The position numbers and the translations under genes are program-made. DNA of 51,537 nucleotides from Candidatus Tayloriibacteriota bacterium (lineage in GTDB: Bacteria > Patescibacteriota > Minisyncoccia > Phycocordibacterales > PALSA-1337), in NCBI GenBank assembly GCA_903857825.1, contig CAIOGI010000007.1:1-51537 (forward strand). Reading direction: 5' to 3'. The notes under the pieces were generated by a model. That model had not been told where the DNA came from. It did not search any database and saw only the letters and a list, made by a program, of their open reading frames with translations. This document shows, in pieces, positions 17,208 to 25,942 of this stretch (positions within the stretch are counted from its first letter, which is position 1; every line of letters begins with the position of its first letter).

Positions 17208-17990
17208 CTATCTTATTACACCAATCTTAAAAATCGTCTGACCCATTTTAGAAAATTCATCTATTCTATAGAAAAAATGGGTATCATCAATCCAACTTAC
17301 GAATTTAATCGAATTACCATTGGTCGCACTTATAATATTTTTTGTGGTTTTTTTATCCAAATCATATGCGGTTACGCCAGAAGTATTGGTCGACGGGAGA
17401 TATCTAGGGTTATCTCCATCCACAATCAATATTGTCGTCCCAAGCGGAGATATTTGTATATCTTGTACTACGATATCATTTATATCAACCCTTCCTTCAT
17501 CATTTACTGATTTCGTCCTTGGATCATAAGAAACCATCTTTAGTGTATTGTCCTGTACCCACTTATCACTTGGTTTCCATATTCTATATAAAAAATATAC
17601 TTTCTGCTTATAATTACTAATTACATATTTCCCTATGTAGCTGTAATTAGGGAAAGACTGTTCCTTACTATCTATAGTGGTAGTCGAAAATACATAATCA
17701 GATAAATTTGACACATCAGCCACAAAACATTTACTACCCATTTCTTCAGATATACATAATTTTGGTGAAACTATTCCACTGTAACCCGCATCAGATGAAG
17801 ATTCAACATCAGAACCTGTATAAATATTTTTTACAGAAATTTCATAGTTACAGTATTCCTTACAATGATTGGTAGTAATCCCTTTAATGGAGAAATCACC
17901 ATAATTATTGGTAGGAACAAATTTTACAAACACAAATATAGCTACTAGCAAGAGAGATCCATATAATATATTTATTTGTGATTGTTTCAT
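17208..17990 (-). CDS. hypothetical membrane-anchored/secreted protein, possible partial beta-propeller
   Basis: N-terminal TM helix; QISPLGTTILI and FVSWIDDTHFFY resemble WD/PD40-type blades. Confidence 0.7.
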   Translation of the reverse strand: MKQSQINILYGSLLLVAIFVFVKFVPTNNYGDFSIKGITTNHCKEYCNYEISVKNIYTGSDVESSSDAGYSGIVSPKLCISEEMGSKCFVADVSNLSDYVFSTTTIDSKEQSFPNYSYIGKYVISNYKQKVYFLYRIWKPSDKWVQDNTLKMVSYDPRTKSVNDEGRVDINDIVVQDIQISPLGTTILIVDGDNPRYLPSTNTSGVTAYDLDKKTTKNIISATNGNSIKFVSWIDDTHFFYRIDEFSKMGQTIFKIGVIR

Positions 17991-18011
17991 ATCGTGACTA
18001 CATTCAACTTG

Positions 18012-18083
18012 TGACCCTACAGAGAGTCGAACTCTGGTTAACGGATTGAAAACCCGTTGTCCTAACCGTTAGACGATAGGGCC
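18012..18083 (-). tRNA. tRNA-Glu(TTC)
   Basis: GGCCCTATCGTCTAACGGTTAGGAC...TT TTC AA...GTTCGACTC...TAGGGTCA cloverleaf; CCA not encoded. Confidence 0.95.
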
Positions 18084-18157
18084 ATATAAATACCATATGG
18101 ACAGTCAAATACTAACATATTTTCTAAAAATGGCAAAAAATGGTATGGTATTTGCAC

Positions 18158-18247
18158 GGAGAGGTGACAGAGTGGTCGAATGTAGCACTTTCGAAAAGTG
18201 CCAGAGGCGAAAGCTTCTCGGGAGTTCGAATCTCCCCCTCTCCGCCA
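18158..18247 (+). tRNA. tRNA-Ser(CGA)
   Basis: GGAGAGG acceptor stem, GCACT-TTCGAAA-AGTGC anticodon arm, long variable arm, GTTCGAATC, GCCA end. Confidence 0.95.
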
Positions 18248-18304
18248 GAAAATGGTTTTAAACCAAAGATTTAAATCGTAGATTGTATGATATAATATTT
18301 TGCA

Positions 18305-18946
18305 ATGTTTGAATATATTACAAGTATATTTTGGGGTATAGTTATAGGTTTTGCAGTAGCAATACCTATTGGACCAGTTGGAATTATATGTATTCAGAAA
18401 ACCATAACCAGAAGTCGTTTGTCTGGTCTTTTACCAGGTCTTGGTGCTGCGATTGCTGATGCATTACTCGCATCGGTCGCTGCATTTAGCATAACTGTTA
18501 TTTTCTCTTTTATTACAGATCAACAATTTCTATTAAGAATAGTCGGCAGTCTTTTCCTTCTTATATTAGGAATCTTTGGCTTAATCAGAAAAAATAATAA
18601 AGAAGAAGTTAAAAAAGAGACTGCTATTAGCTTGATTGATGAATTTATTTCTGGATTTTTCTTAACAATTACCAATCCACTGACAGCCTTTTTCTTTTTC
18701 ATGACATTCGCTGAGGTAAGTGCGAAAATTGGTAATGGCGTACAAATTGCCACAACATTTGTAATTGGAATATTCATTGGCTCATGTTTATGGTGGCTAT
18801 TATTAACTTTTGTCGCAGATCGAATAGCACACAAGATAAGTCATGAGCATATCAAAAAGATGAATAAATGGTTTGCGATTATATTGGTTATTGTTGGATC
18901 ATTTATGTTATTGAGTGTACTTTTTAAGTATTTTGATATATTGTAG
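18305..18946 (+). CDS. LysE family translocator
   Basis: AIPIGPVGIICI, GLGAAIAD, GFFLTITNP; six hydrophobic helices. Confidence 0.9.
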   Translation: MFEYITSIFWGIVIGFAVAIPIGPVGIICIQKTITRSRLSGLLPGLGAAIADALLASVAAFSITVIFSFITDQQFLLRIVGSLFLLILGIFGLIRKNNKEEVKKETAISLIDEFISGFFLTITNPLTAFFFFMTFAEVSAKIGNGVQIATTFVIGIFIGSCLWWLLLTFVADRIAHKISHEHIKKMNKWFAIILVIVGSFMLLSVLFKYFDIL

Positions 18947-18964
18947 TAAAATTATTGATAAGAT

Positions 18965-19040
18965 GCGCGATTAGCTCATTTGGTAGAGCATGGGATTGAC
19001 GTTCTCAGGGTGGCAGGTTCGAATCCTGCATCGCGCACCA
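18965..19040 (+). tRNA. tRNA-Val(GAC)
   Basis: GCGCGAT...TT GAC GT...GGTTCGAATCC...ATCGCGCACCA. Confidence 0.95.
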
Positions 19041-19045
19041 AAATT

Positions 19046-20098
19046 ATGATAACACTAGGAATTGAAACAAGCTGCGATGAAACAGCTTTATGTTTACTTG
19101 AAACCCAAGAAAAGGATGGGGTTTTTGAATATCGCGTATTGGGAAATATTGTTCACTCTCAAATTGATATTCACAAAGAATATGGCGGTGTATTCCCCAT
19201 GCTAGCAAAGCGCGAGCATATAAAAAATCTGCCAATACTTTATGAGAAAATTCTGCAAGAAGCACGTACTTCTGAAAAGCAAATAGGTAAAATTGCTGTA
19301 ACCAGAGGCCCTGGACTTGAGCCTGCACTTTGGACAGGTATACTTTTTGCACAGGAACTAGGAAAAAAGCTAGGTATTCCAGTTATACCTATAAACCACA
19401 TGGAGGGGCATATACTAGGATCATTACTATCAAAATCAGAATCGCATATTGAATTTCATAAACTTTTACCAGTTGAATTCCCCGCTCTTGCAGTACTTAT
19501 CAGTGGTGGTCATACAGAGATTGTAAAAATGGAGAAAATTGGAGAATACAAAGTTCTTGGAGCAACAGTCGACGATGCTATCGGAGAAGCATTTGATAAA
19601 GTAGCTAGAATGCTTGGACTTACCTATCCAGGAGGTCCCGAAATATCAAAACTAGCTGAAAAAGCAAGAAAAAGTAATATTGAAAAGAAAATAAAACTAC
19701 CAAGACCAATGTTGCACTCTAAGGATTTGAAATTTTCATTTTCGGGATTAAAGACAGCTGTGCTTTATACACTTAGAGAATTAGGTGATATTTCAGATGA
19801 GCAAAAGCTAGATTTGGCACGAGAATTTGAAGATGCAGTAACTGAGGTATTAATCTCAAAAACAAAAAGTGCAATAGAAGAAGAGGGCCCCAAAACGCTA
19901 ATAATAGGTGGTGGAGTTATTGCGAATAAACATATAAGGTTAGCCTTTGAAAAGTTGGCCAATGAGCATTCTATAACTCTCTATATGCCTGTTAATGGGC
20001 TCTCTGGCGATAATGCCTTAATGATTACTATAGTTGGCGCAATAAAGCCCAGAGAAGGTTCTCTAGGCTTTAAGGCTGAAGGAAATTTGAGTCTCTAG
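19046..20098 (+). CDS. tsaD: tRNA N6-adenosine threonylcarbamoyltransferase TsaD
   Basis: LGIETSCDET, GPGL, NHMEGH, SGGHT, DDAIGEAFDKVAR, FSFSGLKT, DNALMI. Start corrected to lie after the tRNA. Confidence 0.96.
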   Translation: MITLGIETSCDETALCLLETQEKDGVFEYRVLGNIVHSQIDIHKEYGGVFPMLAKREHIKNLPILYEKILQEARTSEKQIGKIAVTRGPGLEPALWTGILFAQELGKKLGIPVIPINHMEGHILGSLLSKSESHIEFHKLLPVEFPALAVLISGGHTEIVKMEKIGEYKVLGATVDDAIGEAFDKVARMLGLTYPGGPEISKLAEKARKSNIEKKIKLPRPMLHSKDLKFSFSGLKTAVLYTLRELGDISDEQKLDLAREFEDAVTEVLISKTKSAIEEEGPKTLIIGGGVIANKHIRLAFEKLANEHSITLYMPVNGLSGDNALMITIVGAIKPREGSLGFKAEGNLSL

Positions 20099-20109
20099 TA
20101 AGCTAAAAA

Positions 20110-21093
20110 TTAGTATCCAAATAACCACTTAATAAAGTTCCAGATTTTATTTGCAAAACCAGTATTTATTGTAGCTGCAGCTTGTGAATCTTTACCTGAT
20201 AGACCTATTTCTGATGAGGATTCTTGTGTTGTTGTTGAACCTGTTGGACTTATATCGGTTGTAGTTCCTATTTCTTGATTTTCTTCTCTCTCTAGTTTTG
20301 CATTCTTAAATGCTGTTATGTCAGCTAGCTGAGCTGGAGTTAAATTGAATGTTGTCTTGCAATATATTTCGTTTATTTTATCCTTTGTTGTGTAATACAC
20401 ATAACCACTTGGCAATACCATTCCCCATGGAAAAAGAACTTCATTGGCATACTTTTCCTGAAAAACTTTCACTGCATTCAGTGTTTTTATATCGAATACT
20501 CCTGAAACATCAAGATCTAATTTTTCAATATTTTTAAGAAAACTTTGAAGCTTAGTTACTTGAGCTGAATTGTTTTGATCACCAAACCTTAAGTATGAAG
20601 ATATATAATTACATGAAGTTGCTGTAAATATAGGTGTTGAGGTTGCAATTACTGGGATAGGAAATATTGAACGACCACCAGACGAACCAGATGAACCGCC
20701 AGAAGAAGGAGTGATTACTGGAATTATGATTGGAGTAGTTGTAGCGACGACATCATCATCACCATTTAAACCAATTACTATTGGTATAAGATCCTCACCT
20801 TCTTCTCCATTAGAGCCGATTCCTGTTGGTATTAAATCCTCACCTTCGATTGCGTTTGAGCTTGATGCATTTGGAATAATATTTTTACCTTCTTCTCCAT
20901 TTGAGCCTTCGCCGACTACAATAACCTCTTCATCATTAAATCCAGATCCTGTAGGAATTAGGATTATTGATTCAACGAAATCACTTGGGAGAGCAGTACC
21001 AGCTTTTGCATTGGTTATTTTTGTATATGCAAAAAGTACAAGTAAAATCACTGCTAAAATAATTGATATCTTTATATTTATTTGACTTTTCAT
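20110..21093 (-). CDS. secreted/anchored protein with acidic repeats and a peptidoglycan-binding-like domain
   Basis: Signal/TM helix; (G)EDLIPxxxGxNGEE repeats; LRFGDQN..QVTKLQSFL...GVFDIKTLNAVKVFQ matches PG_binding_1. Confidence 0.8.
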   Translation of the reverse strand: MKSQINIKISIILAVILLVLFAYTKITNAKAGTALPSDFVESIILIPTGSGFNDEEVIVVGEGSNGEEGKNIIPNASSSNAIEGEDLIPTGIGSNGEEGEDLIPIVIGLNGDDDVVATTTPIIIPVITPSSGGSSGSSGGRSIFPIPVIATSTPIFTATSCNYISSYLRFGDQNNSAQVTKLQSFLKNIEKLDLDVSGVFDIKTLNAVKVFQEKYANEVLFPWGMVLPSGYVYYTTKDKINEIYCKTTFNLTPAQLADITAFKNAKLEREENQEIGTTTDISPTGSTTTQESSSEIGLSGKDSQAAATINTGFANKIWNFIKWLFGY

Positions 21094-21233
21094 TGTAATT
21101 ATTTATTAATATTCATATTAAACCTTGTTCCTCCTCAATCTTTTGATATTTGCACACTATCATGTTCATCACTGAATGTCAATCAAAATTGTACATCAAA
21201 ATAGGTTATTTAAAGAATAGTGTGATTGATAAT

Positions 21234-21271
21234 AAAAAAACTCAGTTCTGCAACCTGCAGAGACTGAGTTT
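21234..21271 (-). terminator. intrinsic terminator of the 21293-22315 gene
   Basis: AAACTCAGT-TCTGCA...TGCAGA-GACTGAGTTT with a T7 tract on the minus strand. Confidence 0.8.
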
Positions 21272-21292
21272 GAATTTCTCATGGTTGGCCTT

Positions 21293-22315
21293 TTATTCAG
21301 GCCCATTTTCAACCATGAGAATTGGGGGGTTGTTGCCCCCAACTTGGCCAGCATATAGAGGCGGTGTAGGAGCTGTCTCCCTTACCTTGTAGTATGCTTG
21401 AAATCCGACTTCTGTGGGATCTATAAGCACACCTTCAGGTCCCTCAGAGACACTGACCCACGGAACACCAAGTGTCCCCAGGATGGGTTTGCGCAACAAC
21501 TCGTAGGTAAGTCCGAGGTGGCGCTGACCTTCTACCGTGACAACCATATTGGTCCCATTCCTTATCGGGGAATGCACGAAGGGTCTGCAGGTCATTTGAT
21601 TTGTGACCCCTGCGACAACACTTCCATCCGCACCCTTCATGTAGAAGACCGCGACTGAAGCAAATGAACCACCATTCATCACCGTCTTGAAGTAGTTCAA
21701 ATCCAGATTAATGGTTTCCCACGAATCTGCAAACCAACCTATCCTGATGGTACCAATAAGTCGATTGATCGGATGTGTGGCGACACTTTCACCATTGTGG
21801 TAGCTCGCGACTATATTGCCGCTACTATCCCAGAGTTCGCCGCGGAGGGTGGTACTGAACTTGAGTGCTGCGCCACCGCTAGTATTGGTGGCCATGTTCC
21901 CCGAATATCCGAGGGTGTTTGCCGGATCAGTCGATCTCAGGGCAAAATAGACCGATGACGCCAAAAATGGCGAAGCCTGTTTCCAGTCAATTGCCCACGC
22001 AATACGGGACCCGTGCTCACCAGCAGACGCACCAGTCGCTGGAACAGCATCCCGGTATCTATTCGTGCTTCCGAATATAATTTGAGAGGCCCTCAATACA
22101 TTCGGCAGATTGAGAGCCGCAGGATTGTGGGCAACATCAGTGTTGATGTAGCCCACCCACCACCCCCCGCCGACATACCCATAAAGGTTCTGCAACGAGG
22201 TTGAGATGTTTGTCGAGTTTGCTGCCGGTACAATGAAGTACCCAGACCGTATTTCTGCGCCAATAACTGAGATCGCCATGGCCAGAAAAGCCAAGCAACC
22301 ATTAATTTTCTTCAT
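21293..22315 (-). CDS. GC-rich secreted hypothetical protein
   Basis: Signal peptide MKKINGCLAFLAMAISVIGA; visibly higher GC than the flanks; own promoter and terminator. Confidence 0.8.
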   Translation of the reverse strand: MKKINGCLAFLAMAISVIGAEIRSGYFIVPAANSTNISTSLQNLYGYVGGGWWVGYINTDVAHNPAALNLPNVLRASQIIFGSTNRYRDAVPATGASAGEHGSRIAWAIDWKQASPFLASSVYFALRSTDPANTLGYSGNMATNTSGGAALKFSTTLRGELWDSSGNIVASYHNGESVATHPINRLIGTIRIGWFADSWETINLDLNYFKTVMNGGSFASVAVFYMKGADGSVVAGVTNQMTCRPFVHSPIRNGTNMVVTVEGQRHLGLTYELLRKPILGTLGVPWVSVSEGPEGVLIDPTEVGFQAYYKVRETAPTPPLYAGQVGGNNPPILMVENGPE

Positions 22316-22520
22316 GTGTTTGTCTTTCTTCTGCTCTCCAACATAAAACATAATCAGGAATATAATCACAACAATAGGTCGGATTCATTCAGCCAGTCGA
22401 GGCTGTTTCCCTTAACGTCAAAGAGCAATTTACTCAAAAACCCTATCATAGAATAGGGGTACTTGTCAACATGTCAATAATAGCAATGATGAAAGTTTAA
22501 ATATAAGGTATAATCATTCT

Positions 22521-23216
22521 ATGAATTTAGAGATAGTGATTTATGCATTATTATCAGGCATATTGCCTGCCCTTTTATGGTTATGGTTTTGGCTTAAAGA
22601 GGATAATTTAGATCCTGAACCTAGAAAAATTATTGCTTTAACATTTATCGCTGGCATGCTTTCAGTAATAGTTGCATTGTTATTAGAAAAGTTTATATCA
22701 GATATATTTTCTGATGAATCAACTAGATATATTTTCTGGGCCGCAGCAGAGGAAATAGTAAAGCTAATAGCTGTTACAATATTTGCCTTTAATACAAAAT
22801 ACTTTGACGAACCAATTGATGCATTAATATATTGTATTACAGTTGCTATCGGATTTGCTGCATTAGAAAATGCATTATTCATATTTTCACATATTGATTC
22901 AGGAAATATTACAAAAGGTATTATTTCTGGAAATATGAGGTTCATTGGGGCAACACTAGTTCATGTTGTGTCTACGGCTTCAATTGGTTTTATGATCGGA
23001 CTTTCTTACTATAAAGGCATAATTATTAAATCAATATCAATAACTATTGGAGTTATCCTCGCAATAACATTGCATAGTGCTTTTAATTTGTCTATAATTA
23101 GAGTAACGGAAGCTTCAGATACTCTAAAAATATTTAGCTGGGTATGGGGTGCGATAATTATTTTGTTGATTCTCTTTGAAGAAATAAAGATAATCAAACC
23201 AAAAGTAATAAAATAG
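22521..23216 (+). CDS. prsW: PrsW family intramembrane metalloprotease
   Basis: AAAEEIVK, GFAALEN, HVV and LHSAFN motifs. Confidence 0.92.
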   Translation: MNLEIVIYALLSGILPALLWLWFWLKEDNLDPEPRKIIALTFIAGMLSVIVALLLEKFISDIFSDESTRYIFWAAAEEIVKLIAVTIFAFNTKYFDEPIDALIYCITVAIGFAALENALFIFSHIDSGNITKGIISGNMRFIGATLVHVVSTASIGFMIGLSYYKGIIIKSISITIGVILAITLHSAFNLSIIRVTEASDTLKIFSWVWGAIIILLILFEEIKIIKPKVIK

Positions 23217-23253
23217 TTTTAATAATTATAAATAATAAACATCTTTGAAAAAC

Positions 23254-23718
23254 ATGGCAAAAGAAAAAAAATCATTTTTTGAAAAATTAACTGGATCTGT
23301 AAGAATGGATAATTCCAAGCTTATTGCTGACGAAGAGGAAGAGCTTGCAAAAAATGAAACTGCCTGGACAGAAGATGAAGAAGACAAGGAGGGAGAATTG
23401 ACCGTGGATGTATATCAAACAAATGATACTATTGTTATAAAAGCAATGATAGCAGGAGTAAGACCAGAAGATCTAGATATTTCTATAACCAGAGATTTGG
23501 TCACAATAAAGGGAAAAAGAGAGGATGAAAGAATCTCCAGAGAAGATGATTATTTTATGAGAGAATTATATTGGGGGTCTTTTTCAAGAACAATCACCCT
23601 ACCAGAAGAAATTGATGTAGACGATGCAGAAGCTGTAGAGAAACATGGGTTACTTATTCTTAAACTTCCAAAATTAGACAAGAAGAGGCAGTCAAAGTTA
23701 AAGGTTAGGACGATTTAG
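23254..23718 (+). CDS. Hsp20/alpha-crystallin small heat-shock protein
   Basis: VDVYQT..., AGVRPEDLDI, ELYWGSFSRTITLP, GLLILKLPK. Confidence 0.93.
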   Translation: MAKEKKSFFEKLTGSVRMDNSKLIADEEEELAKNETAWTEDEEDKEGELTVDVYQTNDTIVIKAMIAGVRPEDLDISITRDLVTIKGKREDERISREDDYFMRELYWGSFSRTITLPEEIDVDDAEAVEKHGLLILKLPKLDKKRQSKLKVRTI

Positions 23719-23754
23719 TCATAAAAAATCCCCAATTAGGGATTTTTGTTTTTT

Positions 23755-23831
23755 TGGTGCCGAGACCCGGGTTCGAACCGGGGACCTTTCCCTCTTCAGG
23801 GGAACGCTGCTACCAACTGAGCTATCTCGGC
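23755..23831 (-). tRNA. tRNA-Phe(GAA)
   Basis: GCCGAGATAGCTCAGTTGGTAG...CT GAA GA...GGTTCGAACCC...CTCGGCACCA. Confidence 0.95.
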
Positions 23832-23836
23832 AATCT

Positions 23837-24545
23837 CTATTTAAGTATCTTCATTTTAACTTTTAAACCCTCAATCAAGCCCAACAATTTATGGAAGAGC
23901 TTGGTATCAGAAACTATAACCCGAACCGTGCCATAAGGCAAGCGATTTTTTGGTCTTTTCCCGCTACTTGCAGTGCTAGACGGATACATCGGTTTTTTTA
24001 AACTGTGTTTCAGATAATCCAGTAATATCCATCCAATACAATAGAGTATCTCTTGCGTCTAAGTGGCTGAACAATCTCATTTCTACAAAAATCTTCTCTT
24101 GTGGAACTTCCAATATTTTTTTCAAAAAAATGATAAAGGCTAAAACCATATCTGGATCAGAATTTGTAAATCCAATAATATGGGAAGTAATTTCCTTGCC
24201 ATTTCTAATCTTTAGTCTCTTATATCCTTCGGCCCAATATAGTGACACACCAATTAACAACAAATTATCATTCGATATTTCTTTGATTGTCTTCATAGCT
24301 AGCTCCCTAATATTTTTAGCATTGTTTTGAGCAGATACGGTTTGTTGCTTATTTCTTTTTATTAGTCCATCAAGAGAGGTCTTGTGGGCTTTCTTATTAA
24401 TTCTTTCTTGAGATTCCTTTGATAAAACAACACCATTCAACCAACTAGAAAGTGTTGATTTTGGTATATTAGTTATTTTGCTTATCTCTCCGTAGCTTTT
24501 ACCTTCTTGTCTTAATATAAGAGCTTTTTTATGAAGTCTATTCAT
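23837..24545 (-). pseudogene. HTH plus LAGLIDADG-like protein, frameshifted in an A7 run
   Basis: N-terminal HTH (GKSYGEISKITNIPKSTLSSWL), LYWAEG and FTNSDPDMV. After the A7 run (23993-23999) the +1 frame continues PMYPSS...LPYGTVRVIVSDTKLFHKLLGLIEGL...* to 23837. Confidence 0.75.
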
Positions 24546-24639
24546 ATTAAGAAATACTATCACTTCTACATAGCTGAAAAAAGTTCCCAGAGAAACTTTT
24601 TTATTGTTAAATATTAATATTTAATTTTATATCCTAAAG

Positions 24640-24906
24640 TTATTTTAACAAATCACTTAATGTACTTGATATATTTTGAATGCCTCCTGCTTCTCCCTGA
24701 AGCTGTCCATAGGCCCCAAATAGGGTTTCCATGTAAGGCTTTAAAGAGTAATATGCACCAAATGAAAGTCCAAGAATTATAACCCAATATAGGATTTTAT
24801 AAGCAATAATCCAACGATTAGAGTTACGAATTGACTTGAGAATAGCGTTATTCTCTTCAGTCATCTTATATGTTCTCTCAAGAAGCGATTTCTCTTCTGG
24901 ACTCAT
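24640..24906 (-). CDS. hypothetical single-pass membrane protein
   Basis: MSPEEKSLLERTYKMTEENNAILKSIR followed by a TM helix; start corrected to avoid tRNA-Arg. Confidence 0.8.
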   Translation of the reverse strand: MSPEEKSLLERTYKMTEENNAILKSIRNSNRWIIAYKILYWVIILGLSFGAYYSLKPYMETLFGAYGQLQGEAGGIQNISSTLSDLLK

Positions 24907-24954
24907 GAATATGAGTATAGCAGAATTATAAAAAAAATAAAGCGTCGCAGATAG

Positions 24955-25026
24955 TGCCCCCACCAGGAATCGAACCTGGATCAGCTCGTTAGGAGTGAGC
25001 TATTCTATCCATTGAACTACGAGGGC
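24955..25026 (-). tRNA. tRNA-Arg(CCT)
   Basis: GCCCTCGTAGTTCAATGGATAGAAT...CT CCT AA...GGTTCGATTCC...GGGGGCA. Confidence 0.93.
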
Positions 25027-25054
25027 GTTTAGGTGTTATAGAAACACCCAAACA

Positions 25055-25291
25055 TTACTTTATACCAAGTTCCTCTGCAAGTCGACTTTCTTCAAAACCA
25101 ACCATTATTTTCCCATCAATATCAATAACTGGGACCCCCATTTGTCCAGTTTTATCAATCATTTCTTTTCTTTTTTCTAAATCTGTTGCAACATCATAAT
25201 CAGTAAACTTTATTCCATGCGCATTAAAATAATCTTTTGCCATGTGACAATAATGACATGTGGGTGTTGAATATATTGTTATATTTTTCAT
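25055..25291 (-). CDS. glutaredoxin-like protein (NrdH/YruB family)
   Basis: YSTPTCHYC, GQMGVPVIDIDG..VGF. Confidence 0.93.
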   Translation of the reverse strand: MKNITIYSTPTCHYCHMAKDYFNAHGIKFTDYDVATDLEKRKEMIDKTGQMGVPVIDIDGKIMVGFEESRLAEELGIK

Positions 25292-25339
25292 ATTTATTAA
25301 TTAACTTATAGTTAAAACATTATAGCATATCACTGTGTG

Positions 25340-25410
25340 TGCGAGTACGGGGAATCGAACCCCGATCTCAACCTTGGGAAGGTCGCATTCTACCACTAAA
25401 CCATACTCGC
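25340..25410 (-). tRNA. tRNA-Gly(CCC)
   Basis: GCGAGTATGGTTTAGTGGTAGAAT...TT CCC AA...GGTTCGATTCC...TACTCGCA. Confidence 0.95.
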
Positions 25411-25422
25411 ATTATTTTATTA

Positions 25423-25794
25423 TCACCAGTTAAATATTTTATACCAAAAACTCTTTTTTGTCGTCGTTGATGATGTGGCCTCTGGTTTCTCGTCATCTAT
25501 AATTACAGAGATCTTTTCACCCTGCTTTACAGCTCTAAACTTACTTCTTATTTCGCTCTCAACCCCCCTGTCTGTACTTAAATATGCTAATGCTGTTTCT
25601 AGACTTTCTTGTCTTTTCATAATCTTGTCGAGCTCTTTCTTCTCCTGATCTAGATTGTAGTGACTTAATTTGTCTTTTTTATATACACCCCAAGCACCGC
25701 GAAACAAAATTACAAATAGAATAGCCAAAATCAATACAATAATCGGTGAATAAAGTACTTTTCTTATTTGATTTTTCTTTCTAAATTCAAGCAT
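25423..25794 (-). CDS. septum formation initiator (FtsB/DivIC-like)
   Basis: TM helix, coiled coil, then GVESEIRSKFRAVKQGEK. Confidence 0.8.
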   Translation of the reverse strand: MLEFRKKNQIRKVLYSPIIVLILAILFVILFRGAWGVYKKDKLSHYNLDQEKKELDKIMKRQESLETALAYLSTDRGVESEIRSKFRAVKQGEKISVIIDDEKPEATSSTTTKKSFWYKIFNW

Positions 25795-25831
25795 TGAAAT
25801 ATTATGTAATTATAGTATACTACATTTTACT

Positions 25832-25942
25832 ATGTTATTATTTCACAAAAATACAAAGAAGGCATTGAATGTAAGCATGATTATCGTGGGAGTATTGATT
25901 ATCGTAAGTATGATATTGCTATACTTTCCAACAGGCTTATAA
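25832..25942 (+). CDS. 36-aa single-TM microprotein (absent from the ORF track)
   Basis: MLLFHKNTKKALNVSMIIVGVLIIVSMILLYFPTGL*; -10-like TATACT about 10 nt upstream; fills the gap exactly up to the lepA stop. Confidence 0.65.
   Translation: MLLFHKNTKKALNVSMIIVGVLIIVSMILLYFPTGL

Noticed and set aside
18980-19045. N-terminal extension of tsaD in the ORF track; likewise ORFs 23754-23936, 36631-36936 and the extension of 24640-24963
   Set aside because: These read through tRNA genes.
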